The notes beneath the pieces were generated by a model. The model saw only the letters and a program-made list of their open reading frames with translations, did no database searches and was not told the origin of the DNA. Positions 9,202-18,631 of a DNA stretch of 30,037 bases are shown here, in pieces. Each line of letters starts with the position of its first letter. Position 1 is the first letter of the stretch. This DNA comes from an uncultured Planctomycetales bacterium. Its GTDB lineage: Bacteria > Planctomycetota > UBA1135. Where the stretch lies: positions 1 to 30,037 of the forward strand of contig CAZMDZ010000001.1 in assembly GCA_964565175.1 (NCBI GenBank), read 5' to 3'. The position numbers and the translations under genes are program-made.

Positions 9202-11838
9202 CTATCGAGCGTAAGCGCGCCAAGCCTGGTCGAGCACGACTGGGTCCATGGCGCCGGGGAGAATGATGAACCGATAACGCAGTCGCAACGGTTCACCCTT
9301 GTTTAAATCATAGCGCTTGCCCGCTTGCGGGAAAGTGGGCTGAAACCACGGCAATTCGGGGTAAGTGACGACGTCGGCGGGGTGCTCGGGGTTGCTGGGG
9401 TGCTCAAGGATGGCCAGCGTGGTCAATTGCGTGCCGCCCTGCCAGACACCACTTGCCGCCGACCACGCAGGTTGGCGAGAGTTTGAAAGTTGCAAATCCT
9501 TGACCGGGGCCAAGCGCACGTTCAAGCCGCCGTACTTGTCCTGACCTCGGCGGGCGATGCTGACGCCATCCTCTAGCGCCTTGAAGCTGAGATCCAAGTC
9601 AACCGTCTTGCCGTACAAGCCGTCGCCGAGCAGCAACGTGACTTCCGCCGTTTCGCGGACGATGGGGGTTTTGTTCTCCCACATCCATTGATTGACCGCT
9701 TTGATGCCAACACGATCACCGCGCCGCACCGACATCGGTCTGCCGAGCGGCTTGGAAAATACCTGCTGCAGCGCGTGCAAATCCCCGATTTGTTCACCGT
9801 ACTTCACTTCGGGCCACGCCCAATAGATCCCGCGATGGTGCGGGTGATCGTGGCTCCAATCCAGGGTCAGGTCTTCGCCGTCTAAGCCGCTGAGCGGGTG
9901 GATGTACCCACTGCGCGGCACCGCGTACTTGTGATTCCCCGGAGCAACTTGATCCAAGTACCCGGTTGGCAGCGCCACTTGCTCACCGAGGTAAGTGAAC
10001 ACCGGCGTCGGGTAGAGATCGAAGCGATACGCGCCCCCTTCACTGCTGACGCCATGCACTCCGGCGTTGTAGAAGCTAGTCGCAGGCCGCATTTTGAAAG
10101 TCCAGGCATGCTGGCAAGGTAGATCATTGATGCCGATCGCAGAAGTGTCGACGGTCAGCATGCCATCATTCCACGTCCACGGCAGCTCGCGATCCAAGCC
10201 AAGCATGCGCACCGCACTCCCCTTACCGGGCTCAGGCGTGTGAAGCAGCAGTTGATCGCCCGGCCAATCCATGGTGATGGCGTAAAGGTTGCCATGGTTT
10301 CGGGTGTAAGCAACCGTTTGCCACTGCGAGCGGTAGCGCACCTTCAATCCATTTTCATTCCCTAGCTTGGTGGTAAAGAGCGAATCGCTTGGGATGACGT
10401 GCTTCAATCCATCTTCATGCGCCCAATGCAAACGAGCGACGGCTTGATGGGTGGTTTCTTTGAACTCGACGCGAATCGGCAGGCGCTCGCCTGCGGTCAT
10501 GTAGCGAATGCCTGGCTCTTCGCTGGTGGCAACGGGTTGGCCTTCGATCCACAACGTGGCGGAGTCGTCGGCTTCGAGCTCGAACAAGTAGGCGCCGTCG
10601 GCTGGGGAATCGAGAAAGCCAGTCCACTCGGCGGTGAAATGATCGGGCTCAATTCGATCGGCCGGTGAGTTGCGCACCCAATCAAAATCGATGTTGGCGT
10701 CGACGCGCTCCACATCCAAATGGATCCACTCTCCTAGACGCTTGGTGGGAGTGGCTCCATAAATCGCTTCGTTGTTGACCTCAATCCATGCACCAAGTTG
10801 GCGCAATCGTTCTTGCTGCAGCAGTGGAATTTGCCCATCCGCGCCCGGCCCGACGTTGAGCAGCATGCCGCCGCCGTGACTGACGGCGCGGGCGAAATAG
10901 TGAATCAATTGATCCGGTCGCAGGTAGGCGTCGAGTTTTTCATTGCGATTCAGGCCAAAACTCCGCCCCAGACCGCGGCACTCCGCCCATGGCCGATCGC
11001 CCGGGGGCGCTCCAGCTGAATACTCAGGGGTGCGGAATCCGACCTTGGATCCACCGCCCCAGCGATCGTTCACCGCAAGGTCATCGGGACAGCCAGATTC
11101 GGTGTAAAGCCAGTTCAAGAGTTCTGCACTTTTCCAAGTGCTGGCCGGGTGATCCCATTCGCCATCCGAAAACAGCACCGCCGGTTTGTAACGAGACATG
11201 ACGTCCTTGAATTGCGGAATCATGTGCTCGGCCACGTAACGATCGACGTCGTTCTTGGGTCGGTCGTTGGCCCAAGAGTATATCGGGTGATTCCACTCCG
11301 GCAGCGAGTAATACAAACCCATGCGCAAGCCGGCTGCGCGTACCGCGTTGGTCAAATCGCCAACCAAGTCACGTTTCGGCCCGACCTCCATCGAGTTCCA
11401 AGGGAAGCCGCGCGATTCGGACGCGTGACTGCTCGGCCACAAGGCAAAGCCGTCATGGTGCTTGGAAGTCAGCACGACATATTGCGCCCCAGATGCGCGA
11501 AAGAGCTCGGCCCATTCCGTCGGCTCGAACAACTCAGCCTTGAAATGCGGCGCCAAATCTTCATAGGTGAAGTCTTCACCGTAGACTCGCTTCAAATAAT
11601 CAATCCGCGGCTGATCGCCGGACTGCAAACCGCGCAAATACCACTCGGCGTACTGCTCCTTGCCACTCCACGACGGCACCGAGTACAAGCCCCAGTGAAT
11701 GAAAATGCCCAACTTGGCATCGCTGAACCATTGCGGGAACGGCCGGTCGGCCAGTCCCTCCCAGGTTGGAGTTTCTTGGGATGCTACTGGGTTTGCAAGC
11801 ACCAGAACGGCGAGTACGCTAGACACGGACCACTTCAT
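9202..11838 (-). CDS. GH29 alpha-L-fucosidase with PA14-type insertion and C-terminal DUF6807 (PF14100 'PmoA'-named) domain
   Basis: Sec signal, WFSDAKLGIFIHWGLYSVP, YVVLTSKHHDGFALW, LFSDGEW and LLNVGPGADGQIP (GH29). IDFDW..FTAEWTGFL..ADDSATLWI (PA14, ~10330-10730). YIHPL..DHPHHRGIYWAW..YGGLNVR (DUF6807, ~9202-10080). Confidence 0.88.
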   Translation of the reverse strand: MKWSVSSVLAVLVLANPVASQETPTWEGLADRPFPQWFSDAKLGIFIHWGLYSVPSWSGKEQYAEWYLRGLQSGDQPRIDYLKRVYGEDFTYEDLAPHFKAELFEPTEWAELFRASGAQYVVLTSKHHDGFALWPSSHASESRGFPWNSMEVGPKRDLVGDLTNAVRAAGLRMGLYYSLPEWNHPIYSWANDRPKNDVDRYVAEHMIPQFKDVMSRYKPAVLFSDGEWDHPASTWKSAELLNWLYTESGCPDDLAVNDRWGGGSKVGFRTPEYSAGAPPGDRPWAECRGLGRSFGLNRNEKLDAYLRPDQLIHYFARAVSHGGGMLLNVGPGADGQIPLLQQERLRQLGAWIEVNNEAIYGATPTKRLGEWIHLDVERVDANIDFDWVRNSPADRIEPDHFTAEWTGFLDSPADGAYLFELEADDSATLWIEGQPVATSEEPGIRYMTAGERLPIRVEFKETTHQAVARLHWAHEDGLKHVIPSDSLFTTKLGNENGLKVRYRSQWQTVAYTRNHGNLYAITMDWPGDQLLLHTPEPGKGSAVRMLGLDRELPWTWNDGMLTVDTSAIGINDLPCQHAWTFKMRPATSFYNAGVHGVSSEGGAYRFDLYPTPVFTYLGEQVALPTGYLDQVAPGNHKYAVPRSGYIHPLSGLDGEDLTLDWSHDHPHHRGIYWAWPEVKYGEQIGDLHALQQVFSKPLGRPMSVRRGDRVGIKAVNQWMWENKTPIVRETAEVTLLLGDGLYGKTVDLDLSFKALEDGVSIARRGQDKYGGLNVRLAPVKDLQLSNSRQPAWSAASGVWQGGTQLTTLAILEHPSNPEHPADVVTYPELPWFQPTFPQAGKRYDLNKGEPLRLRYRFIILPGAMDPVVLDQAWRAYAR

Positions 11839-11844
11839 TCTCGG

Positions 11845-12839
11845 ATGCTATCGCCGCCCCCACCGACCGACACGATTCCGCGTTGGCGACGTCGGCTTGC
11901 CAAACGACAAGTAGCCGACATCCTCATTTTCGTGTCATGGCTGAGCTTGGCGGTTTTTGGTTTACTGACCGAGGTGTCGATATGGGGTGCCACAGTCCTG
12001 CTTGTGCTTGGTTTAACAATCTTTTTGACGCTGCGGGCCAATGAGCACCAATGGAAGGAATTGAATGCGCGCGGAATGAATTTTCCTTCCCGCGTACTTT
12101 GCTCAACCGGCTGGCTTACTACTCACCCATGGCCTTCATGGTCAGCTATTACTTTTTTCATTCCATGGGAGTCAGCCCGCTGGCCTTTGCCACGCTGTTG
12201 ATTGCAGTCTTGATTCTGCGCACCTATCTCTACCCCATAATCCTCACCCCTGCGCTCACTCGCCATCCAGACAAGGAAACCCAACTTGCGGAGATTGCAG
12301 GCGACCTGATGCAGCGAGCGGAAACAATGCGCTGCCCGGTGATGGTGGCGGATCGCTTTTACGACGTCGATGACAAAGACGAAGCTGAAAACAACGAGCC
12401 CGACTTAAATGCGTTTGCCTGCGGTTTTCGCAAATCTCGCCGGGTGGTGATCTATGCAGACTTAATGGATCATTATTCAGGCCATGCCGTGCGTGGCGTG
12501 CTGGCCCACGAGCTTGCTCATATTCATCATCATCACACGGTGAAAGCGCTGATCCTGAATACACCGCCGTTTGCCCTCTTGCTATTTTTGCTGAGATCCG
12601 GGGATTCGCTAGAGCTCGTTTACTTCGCCATCGGAACACTAGTGTTGCTAGCCTTTATGCGCAAAGTCTCGCGCGTGCATGAATTCCAAGCAGATCGCAC
12701 CGCCGCTGATTGGGTTGGGCCGGAAGTGATGCATGAGTTGATCGACAACTTTGGCACCGAGCCCGACGTCGGCCGGGCAGATCGTTTGATGCGCACGCAT
12801 CCGCTTCATCAGCAGCGCAAGGACGCACTTTCCAATTGA
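11845..12839 (+). pseudogene. Membrane M48 (HtpX/Ste24-like) zinc metallopeptidase, split by a -1 frameshift at ~12089-12091
   Basis: The 12051-12839 ORF has GVLAHELAH and SRVHEFQADR. A two-TM N-terminus is encoded from ATG 11845 in another frame (tail of the 11149-12201 ORF). One extra C in the CCC at 12089-12091 would give ...MNFPSPRTLLNRL..., about 331 aa. Confidence 0.7.
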
Positions 12840-12893
12840 TCCTCCAAATTCATCGTGGCGTCGGAGGACCTGCTTATCCCTTGATCCTTCGAC

Positions 12894-14777
12894 TCACGGC
12901 ATCAGCGTCCATTTCCATGTCACCACCCGCAGCACGCCGTCGACGGTGCCAGAAACTTTGGCGGTCAGCTGGTCGTGCTCGCGGAAGTATTCGATGTGAG
13001 TGGGGAAGTCGTGATCCTCGTTGACGAAAACGGCACGGCGGGGTTCGAGCGTTTGTAGGACGAACTCGGCGGGCTCTTGGTTGGAAGGAAAGGCGCGGTA
13101 GACCACCAAGCCATCGCGCTCGACGATTTCCAAATGCTCCAAACTAAAACCGCCTTCGGCGTTGCAGTCGCGGTGGGTGCCGACCATGACGCCATTGCGC
13201 GGCGCGAACCAGCCTTCTTCTTGGACACTCTTTTTGTGTCTGGAACTCCAGTGACCAGCCAGCCAACGCAACTGATTGATTTTTGATCCCCCATTGACCG
13301 TTGGCATTTTGGCGCCGATTTCCTTTTGCCAGTCATGGAGTTTAGCCAGCAACTCGTTGCGCTTTTCCTTGTGTTGAGTTGCCAAATCAAATTGTTCGCT
13401 AGCGTCCACATCCAAACGGAATAGTTCAACCTTGCCGCTATCAAACCACTCAATCAACTTCCAATCGCCGTCGCGCACCGCCGCGCCGGGTTGGCCTCCT
13501 TGATTTCCGTAATGAGGGTAGTGCCAAAAAACCGGCCCGCGCTGGTACTCCTCATGCCCCAACAAAGGACCGACAAAGTTGACGCCATCCACATGCTGCG
13601 CCGGAGTGCTTTGGATTCCAACCAAACTCAAAATGGTTGGATAAAAATCGGTGCTGGTCACCACCGCACTGCAGACCGAAGGCTGCTTCACCGAGGGATC
13701 CACCGAGGTCATCCCTTCCGGCAAATGCACAATCAATGGCTCGCGGATTCCGCCTTCATACAACCAACCTTTACCCGCACGCAGCGGCAAGTTGCTGGTT
13801 GGACTGCCTTCCGAAGTGGATAAGCCGCCGTTGTCCGAGGTGAAAATCACAATGGTGTTTTTGTCCGCGCCGGTTTCGGCCAGCGCATCCATCACCGTAC
13901 CGACCGCCATGTCCATGGCTTCGACCATGCCGGCATAAACCGCGTGGTTCTGCACCATGCGCACCCGACGCTCCCCTTCTTTACCCCACGCCTCGGCCGG
14001 TCCGGCCTCGCGCTTTTTCAAATACTTCTGCTTCAAATCCTCACGCGCAATCAACGGCGTGTGCACCGAGTAGAACGACAAGAATGTAAAAAACGGTTGG
14101 CCTTGATTTGCGCGAATAAACGCCGCCGTTTCATTCGCCAAACGCTGCGGCAAATGCTCGCCGTCGGGGCCGTCTTGCAAACGCGGGTTGCCATACGGAG
14201 AGAAGTATTTTTTGCCGCCATAAGGACCGCCACGAGTGATGCCGCCTATGTTGACGTCAAAACCATGGTCTTCGGGCCAAAATCCTTCGGGGCCTAAGTG
14301 CCATTTGCCAGCGAAAAAAGTTGCGTAGCCATTGGCCTTCAACGCTTCGGCCAACGTCACTTCTTCATGCGCCATCCGATCGGTGTATTCCGCGGGCAGC
14401 AGCGCGGTTTTGCGCTTCCACTTCTCCGGTTGGTTGAATCGACCTTCGTTGATGTAGTCCGTAATGCCAGTCCGTGCTGGATACTTGCCGGTCATGATGC
14501 TCGACCGCGTTGGGCTGCACACCGGGCACGAAGCATAAGCATTGGTGAAGCGTGTCCCGCCATCGGCTAACCGCTGAATGTTGGGCGTGTCATAAAACGT
14601 ATTCGGATTGTTGGGCGACACATCCATATAGCCGAGGTCATCCACCAAAATGAAAACTACATTCGGCGGCGCCAACCCCTGCTCTTGAGCCAAAGAACTC
14701 GCTCCCACCAAGAAACATGCTGCGATTGCCGCAAAGGCCGTCGCCCAGCCCGAAGGTCTTTCCGCGCGATGGATCAT
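12894..14777 (-). CDS. Formylglycine-dependent (Cys-type) sulfatase fused to a C-terminal DUF6265-like domain
   Basis: Signal peptide, FILVDDLG, CSPTRSSIMTG and FAGKWHLG. The last ~130 aa (LRWLAGHW..EEGW..AVFVNEDHDFPTHIEY) resemble DUF6265. Confidence 0.88.
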   Translation of the reverse strand: MIHRAERPSGWATAFAAIAACFLVGASSLAQEQGLAPPNVVFILVDDLGYMDVSPNNPNTFYDTPNIQRLADGGTRFTNAYASCPVCSPTRSSIMTGKYPARTGITDYINEGRFNQPEKWKRKTALLPAEYTDRMAHEEVTLAEALKANGYATFFAGKWHLGPEGFWPEDHGFDVNIGGITRGGPYGGKKYFSPYGNPRLQDGPDGEHLPQRLANETAAFIRANQGQPFFTFLSFYSVHTPLIAREDLKQKYLKKREAGPAEAWGKEGERRVRMVQNHAVYAGMVEAMDMAVGTVMDALAETGADKNTIVIFTSDNGGLSTSEGSPTSNLPLRAGKGWLYEGGIREPLIVHLPEGMTSVDPSVKQPSVCSAVVTSTDFYPTILSLVGIQSTPAQHVDGVNFVGPLLGHEEYQRGPVFWHYPHYGNQGGQPGAAVRDGDWKLIEWFDSGKVELFRLDVDASEQFDLATQHKEKRNELLAKLHDWQKEIGAKMPTVNGGSKINQLRWLAGHWSSRHKKSVQEEGWFAPRNGVMVGTHRDCNAEGGFSLEHLEIVERDGLVVYRAFPSNQEPAEFVLQTLEPRRAVFVNEDHDFPTHIEYFREHDQLTAKVSGTVDGVLRVVTWKWTLMP

Positions 14778-16438
14778 TTCTCGCCCTCCGCCGAGTCGTC
14801 TTGGTATTGCGCCTGCAATTCGCCCAACTGTTGGGCCATCGAAACGGCAAGGTCGCGGTATTCAGGGTCTAAGTACAAATTGTTCAATTCATCCGGATCA
14901 TTCTTCAAATCGAACAACTCCCACTCACCCACCTGGTAATAACGAATTAGCTTGTAGCGGTCAGTGCGAATGCCGTAATGCCGTTGCACCTTGTGTACAT
15001 CGGGGAAGCCGTAGTAGTGGTAATAAATCGAATCGCGCCACGATTCCTTTGCCAACGACAACTCCAAAATCTCGGCATCGTCTAAGTTGAAGTCGCCGCT
15101 GTTTTGCAAGAGCGGCAGCAAGGACATGCCTTGAAAATCATCCGGGACCTCCGCTCCTGCTGCCTGCAAAAATGTCGGTGCATAATCCAAGTTTTGCACC
15201 AAGTTCTTATTCACTGTTCCCGGCGGCGTTTTCCCTGGCCATTTCACCACTAGCGGCATCTTCAACGACTCTTCATACATCCAACGCTTGTCGTACCAGC
15301 CATGATCACCCAGAAAAAACCCCTGGTCCGAAGAATAGACCACGATCGTATTTTCAGCCAAACCCGCGTCTTCTAAATACTTCACAATTTTGCCGACGCT
15401 ATCGTCGACGGCTTTTGAAGTGCGCAAATAGTTCTTCATGTAGCGCTGATACTTCCAACGCACCAAATCCTTGCCGGTCAGATTCGCGTCGTAAAAAGCT
15501 TTGTTCTTCTCGGCATAACCCGCGCGCCATTTTTCCAGCTGCTCAGGCGTCATCTTCTTCAAATTGCGAAACCCAGATTTGTCGGTGGCAATTCCCGAAA
15601 TGGTGTCTTCCCGCGGATCCAAAAATAAATCATAAGCCGAATTCATGTGCCGATCGATTTCCATCTCTTGCCCAGCTGCCGGGCTGGCGTTGTCGGCATA
15701 ATCATCAAACAAAGTATCTGGCACAGGCAACTCGACGTCGTCCCACAAATTCAAATAACGCAGCGGCGGCATCCAGTTGCGATGCGGGCCCTTGTGTTGC
15801 GCCATCAGCAAAAACGGCTTGCCATCTTTACGCTGCTGCTCCATCCAACCAATCGCCATGTCGGTGATCAAGTCAGTGCAATAACCCTGCACCCGACGAC
15901 GCCCTTCCGGCGAAATAAAATCCGGGTTGTAGTAGTCGCCCTGGCCCGGCAGGATGTCCCAGTAATCAAACCCCTGCGGATCGCTATGCAAATGCCATTT
16001 GCCAATCATCGCCGTTTGATAGCCCGCTTTCTGCAACAACTTCGGAAAGGTAACCTGGTCCCCATCAAATCGATTGCCGTTGGCCATAAATCCATTTTTA
16101 TGACTGTGCTTGCCGCTCAAAATCACCGCCCGGCTAGGCCCGCAAATCGAATTGGTGCAGAAGCTGTTACGGAACAACATGCCTTGCGACGCAAGTTGAT
16201 CAATGTTCGGTGTCGGATTGAGTTCGGCGTATCGGGTTCCATAAGCGCCGATCGCATGCGGCGCGTGATCGTCGCTAAAAATGAAAACGATGTTGGGTTG
16301 CTTTCTGGCGCTGGCGTCGGCGGCTTGAGCCACGGCCGGCGCGGCGGCGGTGTGTGCGGCGGCCGGAGCGACGGCGGCTTGGGCGACGACCGGTGCGGCG
16401 AGCAACAGCGATGGAATTTGGAAGTGGAGCAGCTTCAT
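14774..16438 (-). CDS. Cys-type sulfatase, N-acetylglucosamine-6-sulfatase-like
   Basis: FIFSDDH, CGPSRAVILSG, MIGKWHL, YQRYMKNYLR, SSDQGFFLGDHGWYDKRWMYEES. Ala-rich spacer after the signal peptide. The subfamily call is by resemblance. Confidence 0.9.
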   Translation of the reverse strand: MKLLHFQIPSLLLAAPVVAQAAVAPAAAHTAAAPAVAQAADASARKQPNIVFIFSDDHAPHAIGAYGTRYAELNPTPNIDQLASQGMLFRNSFCTNSICGPSRAVILSGKHSHKNGFMANGNRFDGDQVTFPKLLQKAGYQTAMIGKWHLHSDPQGFDYWDILPGQGDYYNPDFISPEGRRRVQGYCTDLITDMAIGWMEQQRKDGKPFLLMAQHKGPHRNWMPPLRYLNLWDDVELPVPDTLFDDYADNASPAAGQEMEIDRHMNSAYDLFLDPREDTISGIATDKSGFRNLKKMTPEQLEKWRAGYAEKNKAFYDANLTGKDLVRWKYQRYMKNYLRTSKAVDDSVGKIVKYLEDAGLAENTIVVYSSDQGFFLGDHGWYDKRWMYEESLKMPLVVKWPGKTPPGTVNKNLVQNLDYAPTFLQAAGAEVPDDFQGMSLLPLLQNSGDFNLDDAEILELSLAKESWRDSIYYHYYGFPDVHKVQRHYGIRTDRYKLIRYYQVGEWELFDLKNDPDELNNLYLDPEYRDLAVSMAQQLGELQAQYQDDSAEGEK

Positions 16439-16480
16439 CTTCGGTAGGGTTCGCCCAAGTTAGCAGGTATGCTCGGAGAG

Positions 16481-18631
16481 ATGCGCTTTGCCCCCCTCCT
16501 TTTGTTGGCGGCTCTATTTTCCGCCGCGCTATCCACTCCCACCCGCGCGCAGGATGCCAAGCCAAATATCGTTTTCATCATGGCGGACCAAATGCGCGCC
16601 GACTTCCTCGGGTGCGCGGGGAATGAAGCGGTGCACAGCCCCAACCTGGATCGTTTCGCCAGCGAAGGTGCGCATTTCCGCCGGGCGTATGCCTCCACCC
16701 CTTCTTGCACCCCAGCACGCGCCGCCATTTTGACCGGCCAGTCGCCCTGGAGCCACGGCATGCTCGGCTATTCCCAAGTGGCCGAGCGCTACCCGATTGA
16801 GCTGCCCCGGCTGATGAACGAGGCGGGCTACTACACCTACGCCATCGGCAAGCAACATTTCCACCCCCAGCGAAACACCCACGGCTATCAGGGAATGGAA
16901 TTAGACGAATGCGGACGGCGTCGGGATCCGGGGTTTCTTTCGGATTACCACCGCTGGTTCGATCAAGTGGCCGGCCGCCAAGATCCTGACGCAACCGGCT
17001 TGGGCTGGAACGATTACCGCGCCAAGGCTTATCGCTGGCAAGAGGAACTGCATCCGACTGCCTGGACCGGTGAACGCGCTACCGAGTTCTTGCATGAATA
17101 CGATCGCGATCAACCGTTTTTCCTGAAAGTCAGTTTCGCACGGCCTCACAGCCCTTATGACCCGCCCTCCAATTTTTTGGCGAAAGTCGACCCGAAGACG
17201 GTGCCAGCAGCGGCGGTGGGCGATTGGTCCGACGAACAATTTGGTCATTTCCATCAGCCCGAAAAGTTCTCCGCCCCACGCAACAACTTGGGCGCCGAAG
17301 TCAATCAAGCGGCACGCCGAGCCTATGCAGCGAACATTGCTTTTATCGATGAGCAAATTGGCAACATACTTCAGGTTTTGGAAGCACGAGGCATGCTGAA
17401 GAACACTTTGCTGATTTTCACTTCCGATCACGGCGACATGCTCGGCGACCATCACCTTTGGCGCAAAACTTATGCCTACGAAGGCTCGGCAGGAGTTCCC
17501 ATGTTGATGTACTGGGGCGACGACGTCCTGCGTGCGCCGCGCGGGCAAGTGCGCCATGAATTGGTTGAGCTTCGCGATTTACTTCCCACTTTCCTCGACG
17601 CGGCGGGCGCACCGGTGCCGGACGCAGTCGATGGTTTGTCGATGCTGCATCCAGTCAAAGGCCTGCGCACGGCGTGGCGCCGATGGTTGGATTTGGAGCA
17701 CTCGACCTGTTATTGGCCGGGGAATAACTGGACCGCGCTGACCGATTCGCAATGGAAGTACATCTTTCATGCCTTTGACGGCAGCGAGCAATTGTTCGAC
17801 CTGAAGGCAGATCCGCAGGAGTTAGTCGACTTGTCCGCGAGTCAAGATCATCAGCAAGTTCTCAAGCAATGGCGCGGACGCATGGCCGAGCACTTGGCGC
17901 CGCGCGGTGATGCATGGGTGGCCGATGGCGCCCCAGCGATACGCAAGAAGGGTCAAGCCCGAGGGGCGAATTATCCCGCCTCGGAAGAGAAGAAGAGCAA
18001 GCAAGAACCAGCGATGGCATCGCCTCAATCGGTCAGCGGAATTTATCCACACTTGGCATTCTTCAATGACGAAAACGAATGCGGAACCGGGGCACTGGTG
18101 CCGTGGGCAGATCGATTATGGGCAATCACCTATGCACCGCACGCGCCGCGGGGGTCGTCGGACAAGTTGTATGAGATCACGCCCGAGTTGGACTTGATCG
18201 TGCGCCCGGAATCGATCGGCGGCACCCCAGCCAATCGCATGATTCACCAGGAGTCGCAGCAGTTGTTTCTTGGACCTTACGTGATTGATAAGGATCGCAA
18301 CGTACGCACCATTCCCTATGAAAAAATGTTTGGCCGCCACACGGGCAACGCGCGCCACCTCACTGACCCGGCCAATAAAATTTACTACGCAACCATGGAA
18401 GAGGGTTTGTACGAGGTCGATGTCCATACCCTCGACGTCAACGTGTTGTACGCAGACAACCACGGCGACAAGGCGATGGTCCACTCCGCCGCTCCGCAAT
18501 CTGAGTTGCCCGGTTACCACGGCAAGGGTCTGTACTCTGGCCAGGGACGGGTGGTTTATGCCAACAATGGCGAAGTTGGAAAAACCGTGTTTACCGATCC
18601 TTCGACGCCGTCGGGATCGTTGGCGGAATAG
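16481..18631 (+). CDS. Cys-type sulfatase fused in frame to the N-terminal part of a large uncharacterised domain; ends at a premature TAG
   Basis: GGAGAG RBS before ATG 16481, signal peptide, FIMADQMR, CTPARAAILTG, TSDHGDMLGDH. The sulfatase domain ends at ~17980. After a linker a different domain starts at SVSGIYPHLAFFN (~18030). Confidence 0.85.
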   Translation: MRFAPLLLLAALFSAALSTPTRAQDAKPNIVFIMADQMRADFLGCAGNEAVHSPNLDRFASEGAHFRRAYASTPSCTPARAAILTGQSPWSHGMLGYSQVAERYPIELPRLMNEAGYYTYAIGKQHFHPQRNTHGYQGMELDECGRRRDPGFLSDYHRWFDQVAGRQDPDATGLGWNDYRAKAYRWQEELHPTAWTGERATEFLHEYDRDQPFFLKVSFARPHSPYDPPSNFLAKVDPKTVPAAAVGDWSDEQFGHFHQPEKFSAPRNNLGAEVNQAARRAYAANIAFIDEQIGNILQVLEARGMLKNTLLIFTSDHGDMLGDHHLWRKTYAYEGSAGVPMLMYWGDDVLRAPRGQVRHELVELRDLLPTFLDAAGAPVPDAVDGLSMLHPVKGLRTAWRRWLDLEHSTCYWPGNNWTALTDSQWKYIFHAFDGSEQLFDLKADPQELVDLSASQDHQQVLKQWRGRMAEHLAPRGDAWVADGAPAIRKKGQARGANYPASEEKKSKQEPAMASPQSVSGIYPHLAFFNDENECGTGALVPWADRLWAITYAPHAPRGSSDKLYEITPELDLIVRPESIGGTPANRMIHQESQQLFLGPYVIDKDRNVRTIPYEKMFGRHTGNARHLTDPANKIYYATMEEGLYEVDVHTLDVNVLYADNHGDKAMVHSAAPQSELPGYHGKGLYSGQGRVVYANNGEVGKTVFTDPSTPSGSLAE

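Noticed and set aside
9202-10085. Methane monooxygenase PmoA
   Set aside because: The Pfam name is misleading. This is a soluble domain with no TM helices and no pmoB/pmoC nearby.
11149-11844. First part of the 350-aa plus-strand ORF as a real overlapping gene
   Set aside because: It is the antisense shadow of the fucosidase. Only the part from ATG 11845 looks like genuine coding sequence.
12079-12092. Programmed -1 ribosomal frameshift in the M48 gene
   Set aside because: No X XXY YYZ heptamer or evident downstream stimulator, and the upstream-frame product has no obvious separate role.
18629-18631. Pyrrolysine or TAG reassignment
   Set aside because: TAG ends the fucosidase (9202) and a sulfatase (22216) at natural C-termini, and there are no pyl genes in the window.
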